Positions 25,231 through 36,856 of a stretch of 55,207 nucleotides of DNA are shown here, piece after piece. The notes under the pieces were generated by a model. That model was not told the origin of the DNA and made no database searches. It saw nothing but the letters and a program-made list of their open reading frames with translations. The first letter of the stretch is position 1. Each line of letters starts with the position of its first letter. The position numbers and the translations under genes were made by a program. The stretch is from Paraglomus brasilianum (lineage: Eukaryota), in contig CAJVPI010000094.1 of the NCBI GenBank assembly GCA_910592345.1, positions 1-55,207 on the forward strand. The letters are read 5' to 3'.

Positions 25231-26441
25231 CTATATTGAAATGTCAAATTCGAGATGCTCCTTCCAAAATTTATCGCTGATGATGTCGATGTAATAAGTT
25301 TTTGTTATTTTCTTACGTCGTTTGATTTCTGTGCCATCACTGCTTATGCCTTGAACATCCACCTAGAGTAAAGATGTCAGAATATCGTAAATTAAAAGTA
25401 CTAATGCATAGTTTAATGTATGGATTTACCTGTTCTTTGAATAAGACTGATCCTTTTCTAAACATCTCTGGTAGTTTGCTATAGTTGATATTGAATTGAG
25501 AAAAAAGCATTTCATTCTTCTGGGATGAAACCGTTCCCTGTCAGAGTGAAACTGATTGTGTGAGAGAAATCCCAATAGTTGATACGGCTGCTTAGCGATT
25601 ACTTACTCTGAGAGCAAGCTCTGCTTCAGTCTCTGTCTTTCCAGAATGAACTAAAGCCCAATAGCATGTATTATATAGATTATTAATATGACCTTTATAT
25701 GAAGAATAATAATTAGTCTAATCGATATACGTCAAGCTGTAGTTAATGCAACTTTGACAGGCGGTCATATATGACATACAGTCAGCTTGTCTCCAACTCA
25801 AATAGTCACGTAAATTGGTATCTGATGGATATTGTACTATGCGTCCGTCGAATGAAGGAGGATATTGAAGTTCTTGATCAGGAAAGAAGTTCTTCCAGTA
25901 AAAGACATAGTTGGATGTGAATAGACTGACAATAGCCGAGACTATTTTGCTGGAATCAGCGTTAGTATGTTGTTATCCATATTGACCGATTGCTCAACTA
26001 ATTGTATGTATAACCTACGATTCGCGACGATCATATAGATTACTGGCTTTGTTCAGCACAAAACTATTCGAAAAATCAAGAATCAGTATAATCGTTTGTT
26101 TCTTGGCAAGATTGTTATGGTCTGCTTATGCACCTGTATTCATCGCTTTGTCCATATGATAATACCACATCATAAATGTTATCCATAACACATTCAGCAC
26201 ATTTGTTCATAAGATCCAACGCATTCTTATCATTCGGTTTTTTAAAATTATGAACATTAGAGAATCTAAAAGAATCAAGGATGAAACGTTAAAATATTTC
26301 AAAAAGCCGTTCCATTTGTCACTAATTTTATGCTTTCCTGTGAAAGCCTCTCCCATCGATACGAACAACCAACCAGGTGTTAGGTAATAGAGAATCATCC
26401 AACTCGAACTTCTTCACGTATTCGAATTTGGATTTAGCCAT
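25231..26441 (-). CDS. THG1: tRNA(His) guanylyltransferase, 7 exons; intron 1 (26266-26337) is GA-AG
   Basis: Spliced translation: [47 protein letters not shown]...YGQSDEYSFVL...RRESKIVS...[13 protein letters not shown]...[26 protein letters not shown]...[24 protein letters not shown]...[11 protein letters not shown]. All Thg1 motifs are present. Confidence 0.93.
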
Positions 26442-26597
26442 CTTGGTTAGAGAACACAATTAACGAAGTCACGTTATTAACCAGATCTCGATAATCAAAA
26501 TTTTTTTGAGTTATTTAAATCACGACGCAACCGTTTAGGTTTCCCGCTTTATGTAATAATAATACCGTTTAATTTTAAAAAATTTGAGCTATTAGAT
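26442..26597. promoter_or_regulatory. 156-bp divergent intergenic region (putative bidirectional promoter) between THG1 and HIS7
   Basis: ATGs at 26441 (minus) and 26598 (plus) face away from each other. No perfect TGACTC or TGASTCA site was seen, only TGAGTTA and two TCACG words. Confidence 0.65.
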
Positions 26598-28329
26598 ATG
26601 AGTGAACTATACTTGCTGGATTATGGCGCAGGGAATGTGCGCAGTTTGGTTAATGCTATCACTAGATTGGGTTATCAAGTACAACCAGTGAATCATCCTG
26701 ATGATATTCTCAAAGCAAAGGTATGTCTAATACGTGCTAATTCTACCTCCAGTATCTTTCTCCGTTTCCAAAGATGGATAATGTTGGGTCTCTGCTTATT
26801 TGGCATTCTTGCTCGCATAGAAACTCATATTTCCTGGAGTGGGCGCATTTGGTAGTGCAATGACATCTCTCGTATCAAAGAACTATGTTGATCCACTGAA
26901 AAAATACATTGCATCTGGTAGACCGTTCATGGGAATATGTATTGGATTACAAACTCTCTTTACCAGCTCAGATGAATCACCTGACGTCCATGGATTAAAC
27001 ATAATCAATGGACGTGTTAAGCTCTTTGATAATACCACAAAATCAGTTCCTCATATGGGATGGAATAAAACGCTAAAACGTAAACAAGGATCCGCATTCA
27101 GTCTTTCTGATGACAGGGTGTATTACTTCGTTCATTCTTATGCAGTACCATACACAGAGGATCTCGCGAAATGGACACTAGCAACTACCCAATATGGTGA
27201 TGAAGTATTTGTAAGTATCGTCCAAAAAGATAATATATTCTGCACCCAATTTCATCCAGAGAAAAGCGGATATGCTGGGCTGAGAATACTCAGGAGTTTC
27301 CTAGAATGGAACGGAGTGTCCGACCAGCCTACTATACTTTGTGATCCTGTTAAAGTGTCGTCGGATTATTTGACGAAACGTATAATCGCATGCTTAGACG
27401 TACGCACAAATGATCAGGGCGATCTAGTTGTGACAAAGGGTGATCAATATGATGTCAGAGAACGAGATAATGGTGGGCAAGTGAGAAATCTCGGCAAACC
27501 AGTTGAGCTCGCACGCAGATATTTCGAAGAGGGCGCAGACGAAATTACGTTTTTAAACATAACCAGTTTCAGAAACTGTCCGCTGGCTGATTTACCAATG
27601 TTGGAGGTACTGCGACGTACCAGCGAGACTGTGTTTGTACCTTTGACTATTGGAGGTGGAATACGAGATGTTGTCGATCCTGATGAAAAATTGCATTCGG
27701 CGTTGGATGTTGCTGGATTGTATTTCAGATCCGGTGCTGATAAGGTGTCTATTGGTAGCGATGCCGTATATGCTGTAGAAAGATATCTCGAGAACGGTCA
27801 TGAGTTAAGTGGAGATACAGCAATCGAAACCATTGCTAAAGCATATGGTAACCAAGCCGTTGTAATATCTGTCGATCCGCGTAGAGTATACGTAAGTTCT
27901 CCTAACGAAACTGTTCATCACATAATAAAGACAATATATCCTGGTCCACAAGGAGAAGAATATTGTTGGTATCAGTGTACTGTTAAAGGAGGTAGAGAAG
28001 GCCGTGACATTGACGTACACCAGTTGGTGACTGTATGCGAAAAAATGGGTGCCGGGGAGATTTTGCTTAATTGCATGGACAAGGATGGAACTAACTCTGG
28101 ATATGATATTGAGCTTGTCGACGATGTTAAAAAGGCCGTTAATATTCCTGTCATTGCATCAAGTGGAGCAGGGAGGGTCGAGCATTTCGGTGAAGTATTT
28201 GAGAAGACTAAGGCAGATGCTGCTTTAGCCGCGGGAATATTCCATCGAAAAGAAGTGCCTGTGGCAGATGTCAAGAATTATTTGAGAGAAAAAGGGATTC
28301 TTGTGCGGAGTCCCGATAATATATTGTAA
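26598..28329 (+). CDS. HIS7: Imidazole glycerol phosphate synthase HisHF fusion; exons 26598-26720 and 26821-28329; 543 aa
   Basis: LLDYGAGNVRSL, LIFPGVGAFG, GICIGLQ (catalytic Cys), QFHPEKSG, KRIIACLDVR, GADKVSIGSDAV, GEILLNCMDKDG, ALAAGIFHR. Confidence 0.97.
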
Positions 28330-28751
28330 ATTGAGTGTCAAGATAGAGTGGCGGGGGATAATCATGCAGCCGAATGATTGTAAACAGGTGGGGGTTTTTG
28401 TGGGGCGTGGATGTATACATTAAAGGTCTGGCTATCTATCAGGCATAGATATTATAATTGACCATTAAATCATTTGGTCAGCAACTGTATTTAGTAGTAA
28501 TTAAAGAGAACTTGATATAAAAAAAAGATTAAGACAAAGTTAATAATTTTGTTATTGTTTCTTTCGCAAGAAAAGGAGACAAGATAGATTTGACGTTGGA
28601 AGGTTAAGAGAAACGTTTCTCTAATTTAACCAATAAGGATTTATATCAACGTTATAATGCATCGCATCGGCATCGTTTATTTCGGGGCGTTTTCTATTGC
28701 CGTATATCATACTATGCGATGTTTGTACATGTAGATAGAATACACCGTCTA

Positions 28752-30498
28752 TTAATTAGATTTGTTGGCGGCTACACTCTCTACTGCTTTTAAAAATCTG
28801 TTAACCCCATCTTCAGCCTCTTCGGCGCTGATATTTAGGGGAGGAACTAATCTTATGCACTCGTATATGCTGGTAGTCAATAATAGCAATTGATGCTTCT
28901 CAAGAGCCTCTTTCATTACGGCATTTACAAATCCGGATGGAGCATTAATAAATTCTATCCCAATCATTAACCCAAGTCCGCGGATGTCTACCGACATGGA
29001 TGACGGTATCAATGACGGGAGTTTGGATTTCAAGAGCGAAAATATTTGAGTCGATCTATATATTGAGAAGAGATATGAGAAAGAGCAAAATAAAATGCGC
29101 ACACAGTGTTAGTATCTTGTGTGATACATCACCTTTCATTGACATTATCGATTATATTTTCTTCTTCGAATACTTCTATTGTCGCTTTGGCGGCAGCACA
29201 TGCCACAGCATTACCAGTATACGTCCCACCCTGTTAAACTCGAGCATAAGTTACGTCTCCAATACGTGTACATAATTACAAATACAACTTTAGTCAGCCA
29301 CTCGCTCCATTTTTACCATGCTTCCAGGTAGTTGCAGATCCATTAATTCCTTCTTAGACACAATAGCACTCAAAGGAAATCCACTAGCAATTCCCTTAGC
29401 CATAACCTGAATATCAGGTACAACTCCATAATGCTCAATTGCAAACATCTTTCCTGTTCTACCGAATCCAGACTGTACTTCGTCCGCAATGAGTAGAATG
29501 TTATTGCGATCACACAGATCACGTAGCTTCTTGAAGAAATCATTAGGCGGTGGAACATATCCTCCTTCGCCGAGTACGGGCTCAATTAGAATAGCAGCAG
29601 TGTCTTGTGGTGCCGTTTGTTGTTTGAGAACGAGTTCTACTTGGTCAATGGAATTATTGCAGCAATTGGCAATGCTATAAACGTCGGGTGCTGCATAATG
29701 TGCCGGGCACTTGAGGCAGTAGGGGAATGGCGCAACGTGCACTCCTGACTAAAATTAGGTTCATTTGTCACTATGTGATGATCTACCATGATCACCAAAA
29801 GAAAAGATAATCTCTTAAAACAACTCACCATCAATGGACCGAATCCAGTTTTATAAATGGTTTTTGATGTTGTGAGGGACATTGCGCCAATTGTTCTACC
29901 GTGAAATGAACCTTGAAACACTATAACGTTTTGTTTCTTCGTCGCGTATCGTGCTACTTTGATGGCCGCTTCAACCGCTTCAGAACCAGAGTTAGCAAAG
30001 AAGAATGAATCAAGTTCTGGGGATGGCATTATTGGTTTCAGTTTGCCAATGAGATCAAGCATCGGCTTGTGAAATGCTACATTAACCTACAAACAAACGA
30101 AAACGTATTGATAATCGCTCAATTATTAGCGAAGAATAAATGTTAGATTTAGATAGGCATTTACTTGAGCATGATGTAGATTAGCCGCTTGTTCCTGGAC
30201 TGCTTTGACAACTTTTGGGTGGCAATGGCCTGCATTATCAATCAGTATAAATATAGGCCATTAATTTCCTGCAGCAAGAATAGGACGTCTTGTTGTATAT
30301 TAAATAATGACCTGATTCCTACTAACCAGTAGATACAACCCCAATGCCAGTAGTAAAGTCCAAATATTTCTTCCCGTCAACTGTGTAAACCCAACTACCA
30401 CTTGCCCTCTCTATCACCAATGATGATATGCGAGAAATACCATGTGTAACATGTCGCCGCCCATACTCTGCTAACTGCTGAGCGCTTCTTGCCGTCAT
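28752..30498 (-). CDS. Class-III PLP aminotransferase, 4-aminobutyrate aminotransferase (GabT)-like; multi-exon
   Basis: [97 protein letters not shown] (PLP lysine), GGTYTGNAVACAAA, DIRGLGLMIGIEF, IRLVPPLNI. Confidence 0.9.
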
Positions 30499-32507
30499 GA
30501 TTAACAGATTTCATGAAAAAGTAGTTTTCGGGACGTGGGAACCTGTCGGTCTGTGTAGCGCCCATAATTTATACGCAAGTATTCTTTATCTTATTACTAT
30601 TATTAGAACAAAGTTGCGTACGAAGTCACTTTATTGGGAATTTGTGGCGATTATTTAATTCATGTTCATGTACTATCGAAGTAAACGCCTACCAAAGCAG
30701 GTTCGCAACGGTATCATCCATCGCCTGGACGGCAGTACCACTCGCGTCTGTAATATTAGCTTGGTTATACTCAGCGACTTTAGTTTTGCTGAAATACTCC
30801 ATATATGCTTGGGAATTGAAACACACCCTTACTATATGATTTGCACAAACGCAGGAAGATTATCAGCGATTATAATTACAATTTCGGTGCAACTCCGCAT
30901 TATCCAACGTGATCTCTTTGATCATCATTCACGAATTGTTTGTTACACGGCGATAATGTTTCCTTTTTGAGTGTAGGACAATCCGACATGTAGTACTTTT
31001 TTCTAAAGTTGTTACTATTCTATAATAATAACTCTCTACTGCTCGTGTACTCTGGCCAATATATTACTACTATTCACGCTTGATTCAAACATATACATTG
31101 TGCATAATTCCTGTCTTTAGATGGGACTATTCTGGACTGTCCACGTCCAATGTCTGTGTCCGCTGTGTGACAACTCTGGTTTTGAGCGGTGAACGAATTG
31201 ATGTTTGTAAAGTCTTCTATGGCTCTTAAAAAACGAAAGTCTGAATCATGGATAAAAGATATCATCATTCTCTCACGACGCAAAGTGGATCTTTGATGAC
31301 TTTTCGCAAGCATACAGAAGTCGAGAGCAGCGAGGTGATTTCACTCAGCGAGTCTGTGTTCGGGAGCTACGCGGGAAAGATCTTCTCATTCTTCCCCACC
31401 GCCGCCTATAAGCACCAACTATACTACCACGAACAAAAAACCGAACTTCAAGAACATCATCAAAGAAGCTTCGGCAAAATGGATGTCCGACTACTTCGTC
31501 ATTGAGAGGAAGCACGATGGACGAATCGAGTAATGCTCAACAAAAATACATACCACACGATGAAACAACTAGAGCTGTTATCAGAATGTGTGTAAAATGG
31601 ATGAATGATGAAATAGAGCTACAAGAGAAGGGTTTGATCCTTGACAAAGATCAAGATCAGGGTATAATAGACGGAATAGTGCCGATGCGTTACGGGAAGC
31701 GAAATGCAAGATAATATGTCGATTGTTTCAAGCATACCTAGTAGAACGCTGATGTCTGTTGAATAACTTTCGGTTTGGATTTCTTGATGATAATCCCTTT
31801 GAATTCCTCATCTTTCAACATGCATGTAAATTATCTTTTCCTCTCCCATCTCGCCTAACTTTTATTCTTTATTTCACCTCTCTATGTAATATTAGGTAGC
31901 TGATGTTAAAACTAGTTGTAGCACGTATTAGTATTAGTATGTGTGGCTTGGAAATAAAGTCTCACACTATCGATAATACCATATTAATGAATATGGCTGC
32001 GATTATGTCGAGTAACATAATACGACACTCATTCACCAATAGTATAAATCAGAATAATCAACCAATCACTCAAATGTACTTGCAGATTATCAACCATCAC
32101 ACGTGTAGCCCACATGCAAAAAATTTAGACAAATATGGAGGAATTGTTACTTACACGACCAGCACCCAATTCCGATCTATCCAATAGACAAAGTCTCAGA
32201 CGCCTCGTTTGCATCATTCGACATCAAGCATGGTCTTTTCCCCCACTATACATCTGAAGTAGAATTTTTAGATCTTTTCTTTTTGGCTTAATTTATGTAA
32301 TCGGGTCTGAGATTGTCTGGTGTCGTTCAGAAAGTCATTCAACTTATCCTTTGTATTTCATTCATCTTTGACAAACCAGTCTGCCGATTCTAAAACGGCT
32401 GCTTGTCACTCACAGTCGATCTTAAATCTTTATTTGACCTTACATCTTATTATTCTTATTAACAAGCAATAACATTAAATTAATTTATCAATTAAGTGAG
32501 TTCTTTT

Positions 32508-33939
32508 TTAAGACTTCAAAGGTTTGCGTCCCACTAACAAATACATTGGTGTAAAGATCTTCGTCTCGCCACCTTTAGCAAGACTATCTCCTGCAAGTTC
32601 AAGTAATTTTTGAACTTCTACGGAACCAGTTGGTGCAGCACCAACTTTCTCGAGTCCACCGACCTATTTACAGATGGTTAATATTGCTTAGTAACTGTGT
32701 AGGACTAGATAGTAACGATTGATCGTTGGATACCTACCAAAGCTCTAGTTAGCATCTTGCCAACTACAGTCAGTCGGAAAAATGTGAAGAAATCCCAAAT
32801 AGATTGCGATTTTCTGAAGTCCCCAGTCAGAGGATAATACCAAGGCACAACATCGTTAATTTCGGCGAGATCATCTTCGTATTCAAGTTCAAACCCAACA
32901 TTCTTGAGCGCTTGAAGAGCTTCCCGTGTTGAGTACAATTGCGATATACCATCGCCAATCTGTTCACACAATCAAATTTAGCATTCATGAATACATTCAA
33001 CACAAATAAAGAATAAGTTCATACCTCAATGCCGCGAATGATTTTCGCATGCTCAGGGTTCGTAGGATCATATCTGTCTGTCGTACACCACTCGTAAAAC
33101 GCGAAAAGACCTCCAGGCTTCAGAACACGAAAAGCCTCTTTATAAACACTCTCCAACTTTGGGGAATGGCAAGTGGCTTCAATCGCGTAGACACGGTCGA
33201 AAGAGTTTTCTTCAAAGGGAATTTCCAGAAAACTGCCCTTGATAAAATCCGTTTTACCCTCCAAACCGGCTTTTGCCGCGTAATACTTGGCCCGAGCAAT
33301 TTGGTAGTCATTATTATTCAAACCGGTGACGTGAGCTCCAGTAAAGCGACAAATCTCGCGAGTTGGTCCACCTGTTATACGTTGGCGTCAATTGTAGTCA
33401 AGAGGCTAGGACAAAATGACGTTACTAGTAGCAAACATACCGACTCCACAACCAATGTCCAACACTTTCATGTCTGGCCTAACATTCAAGTACATTGCAA
33501 GGTAATGCTCATGACGAGCAATAGATTGATAGAAACTTTCACCAAGGTGGAAACGACAGAAATGGAAGCAATTTCCCCAGCCATACTATGAATAATAGCT
33601 TTAATTAACCCCCTGCAACCTTTGTGACGGTAACAAAGATACCATTTTATTTTGACAAACCTCGTAAAAGTCAGTGGCAATATTATAATAAGTATTGGTT
33701 AAGGTCGCAGCTTCCGAAGACCTAGCGTTTCTCTCATCCTCAGTCTCAGCCTGTGGGTCGTCAGCTTTCCAATAACTTGTATATGACTTGACGACCGCTT
33801 CATGTGCTGCATGGTCCTTGGAAGCAATTTTCCCAAATAAGCCTATCTCAGAATCGACTACTTGTTCGCCATGCAATGCCTTCGAAAAGGCCAAGTCTTT
33901 GGCATAGACTTCGGTGGTCGTGGCAATAGGTGGGGTCAT
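32508..33939 (-). CDS. ERG6: Sterol C24-methyltransferase; exons 33661-33939, 33441-33585, 33025-33371, 32738-32959, 32508-32663
   Basis: [94 protein letters not shown]. Confidence 0.95.
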
Positions 33940-34336
33940 AATGATGAGGAAGCTTCAAAAAGCGGAAGGAAGGCCTAGGTGAATTGTGAGCAAAAAACAT
34001 TTTGCACAAAATATCTGAATGCAGGTGCGATCAATGCCGAATGCAGGTACAATCATGCTTATGCGCATGTGCAAGTATAATGGTTGTCGTGCAACGCAAA
34101 TTTTTCTTGTCTTCTTTTGGAAAGGGTATGAATGCCAAAAAGGTTAATGTAAAGGATAAAAAAATTATCTGCTGTTTCGGCTCTCATTTCAAATCTAAAT
34201 CTGGATTATCGGAAAAGAAGGACGATTTTGATTTGCCTTGAAATAATAGTTATTTCAACGTGGCTTATTGACATCCACAGATATTTGTCTATTGAACACT
34301 TGAAAAACTTTTCAACTTTCTGCAAACTCTACGACA

Positions 34337-34669
34337 ATGCCACCTCAGAGAAAACACAAACGCTCTCAAACCATGCCATCTCTCACTTTATTCCCGAGTA
34401 TCATGCCATATATGAAGACCAAACAAAAACTATCCGTAAAACAATTAAATCGTAACAAGCATAAGAACGAAGCTCTTTGCACACACTTGGATGCAGTAGT
34501 GGGGGAGCTTTTTGTAGATCAGGAGGCGATGATGAAGCTTGATAAAAAGGAACGCAAGAACGAGAAAGACTATGATCTAAAGAAGAAGAATGACAGTGTA
34601 TCCAACGAAAAAGTGATGTTGGATTTGGACAAAGCAGTCGAGGATCTGGAAAGCTTTACGGTCAAATAA
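34337..34669 (+). CDS. Small Lys/Arg-rich hypothetical protein (110 aa)
   Basis: Single-exon ORF in a gene-dense block, divergent from ERG6. Basic N-terminus, helical charged C-terminus. Confidence 0.55.
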   Translation: MPPQRKHKRSQTMPSLTLFPSIMPYMKTKQKLSVKQLNRNKHKNEALCTHLDAVVGELFVDQEAMMKLDKKERKNEKDYDLKKKNDSVSNEKVMLDLDKAVEDLESFTVK

Positions 34670-34978
34670 TATAGCGGTGGGTTCATTTTTGAGAAAATGT
34701 TTTTTTTTTTCGGTGCAGAATTACTTGGATTCGTGTTGTTGTGTTGGCTACTGTTGTCTCAAAAGAAACGGGGATATTCATATAGCATTAACGTAGTAAA
34801 AGGATTGGAGAGCTAACGATAAATAAAATTCAAGCGTATGTCATATACATATGAAAATCAAGGCCTTTCAACGCCGTTCATTCAACGATTCATACAATAT
34901 TACACTATCAGAACCGATTGTACGATCCATCATTTCTCTACGTCAATCATACATTCCTTCATCATCGAGCGAATCTAT

Positions 34979-35490
34979 TCACACGACCTTGGGCGCTAAA
35001 CTAACAATTTTCCCCCACTTCTTTCCTCTCAACTCAGCCCCAACAACACCCAGAACTCTGGTCCCCAAAGGCTCTCCCCGATTATTCAACAAGACGCAGG
35101 CATTATCATCGAATTTGATATATCTACCATCCGGTCTTCGCATTTCTTTCGCTACTCGAACGATTAGAGCTTTTCTAACTTCGCCCTTCCTAATTGCAAT
35201 CTTTGCTGCAAGTAGTGAAGATGATGAGGCTTGAGGGCCGCTGACGTTCTGTGGAATCGGACGAGCTTTACGTATCACTACTGTCATTGAATCACCTGTC
35301 CGTGAGTTTAAAATTTCGAGGCCAAATAAGAATAAAAAAAATCATCGAATGTTTAATGAACAAATAATGTGACTCGAACAGATATACTACCTATTCTCCC
35401 ATATCTACCCCCATGTCCAACGCGAATGCATTCAGCAAGCAAAGCTCCAGAATTATCAATCACATTCAGTACAGTCTTCAACTGAATCAT
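34979..35490 (-). CDS. MRPL38: Mitochondrial ribosomal protein uL14m; exons 35391-35490 and 34979-35295
   Basis: [24 protein letters not shown]...[14 protein letters not shown]...[48 protein letters not shown]...[10 protein letters not shown]. Confidence 0.95.
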
Positions 35491-35799
35491 CTTCCAGAAT
35501 ATATATTTTTTTTTCAATCAAAACTTTTGTCCTTGTCAAATCGTGACGAATTGGGTGATCATCCTCGTGATAAACATCTTGTAATACAGTATTAACTCGT
35601 TAATAATAAAAAAGGGCCTTTCATAGTATCGATAGATTAATGATGGGAATGCTTTATTGGTCAATGTGCCTTTTATGCATTCAGTTAAACCACTAGCATT
35701 TACCTACAACTCTTCGGATGAAGTATTGCGATCGCATGATAATAATAGTTCTTCAATAGGAAACGTGTTCTTTTTCATAAAGGAAATATTACTGATAAA

Positions 35800-36856
35800 T
35801 CAGATCCGTTCCACGATAAAATGTTCTTGTTGGTATAGTCCAACGGTGACGTAAGAAACGTATCTGTAGCTAGTCGTAGACTTGCTTTTATAATGAATAT
35901 CAAAAGCACTATAAAAACAATACAATTTCGCTGGATCATCCTTTTTCACATTTCTCTGCATCAGGTGTTCAAAAGCCTGGATAATGGATTTCTGGACGAA
36001 GCGATGCGAATGATGTAGGCGATACACTGCAGAGCAGGTGTTGAGGCTGAAAAAAAAAAAGAAATGGTTTATCGGGCATATGCAAAGTTCCAGATTCTGG
36101 AATTACTAACATGCAGGAGGAAAGACGATCCAAACAAAATTGAATCTTATAGTATGTACGCATAGTGATAGATCTAAAAACGCAGAAACCTTTGTTTCTT
36201 TAATATAGATTTAAAACCGAATTTGGGTCCGTTTGGCATATTAAAGGTCTTAACTGTAGGTATTGTCCTACAAGGTAAGCGGGATATCTGATTAAACAGT
36301 TTTTCAAGGTCGGCCCTCCTTGTTTATCACGTTCACCATCTGCATGATGACATATTTTGCATTCCGCGTCGAACATCCCTTGGAACATCCATTTTGGTGA
36401 CCTGAATTCTATTAGCCCTGAAGTATGCTAACCACTTGCAACTTACTCGTATATTCTTCTATCATGTCATATTCAATAGTAAGCTGTCCCAACATGTCTC
36501 TTAACATTTTACATAACGCCATGGATTTTACTATATAACTGATACTTTCAGAATTGAAAAATTGATTCGAGCAGGAAAAGTTGAGAATACTGTTTGTTTG
36601 AATTCCAGGCGGCAATGTGTGCAAAAAAAATTCATACTTACGGAGAATGCACAGATCTATGCAAATGAGGTGGCAGTTTGATATTTACAATCCATTATAA
36701 TGATGGTTCTGTCCATTTCACGGATCTGGTAGTAACTCATCTCCCAGTTCACCTAATTATCTCTACTGGTATCACTCTTTGACAGTTTGATTAGGTGCTG
36801 ATCCTTACTGCTTCACGATTTGCCATTGTCTCATCGTTTCTAATAAGATCTGCCAT
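35800..36856 (-). CDS. Probable multi-exon hypothetical gene or pseudogene; exon structure unresolved
   Basis: Several minus-strand protein-like segments bounded by GT/AG signals, e.g. SPKWMFQGMFDAECKICHHADGERDKQGGPTLKNCLIRYPAYL and LNTCSAVYRLHHSHRFVQKSIIQAFEHLM. No family recognised. Confidence 0.3.

Noticed and set aside
31370..31714. Peptide YFVIERKHDGRIE resembling DNA ligase motif I (KxDG)
   Set aside because: It is an isolated short match followed by a stop, with no other ligase motifs nearby.
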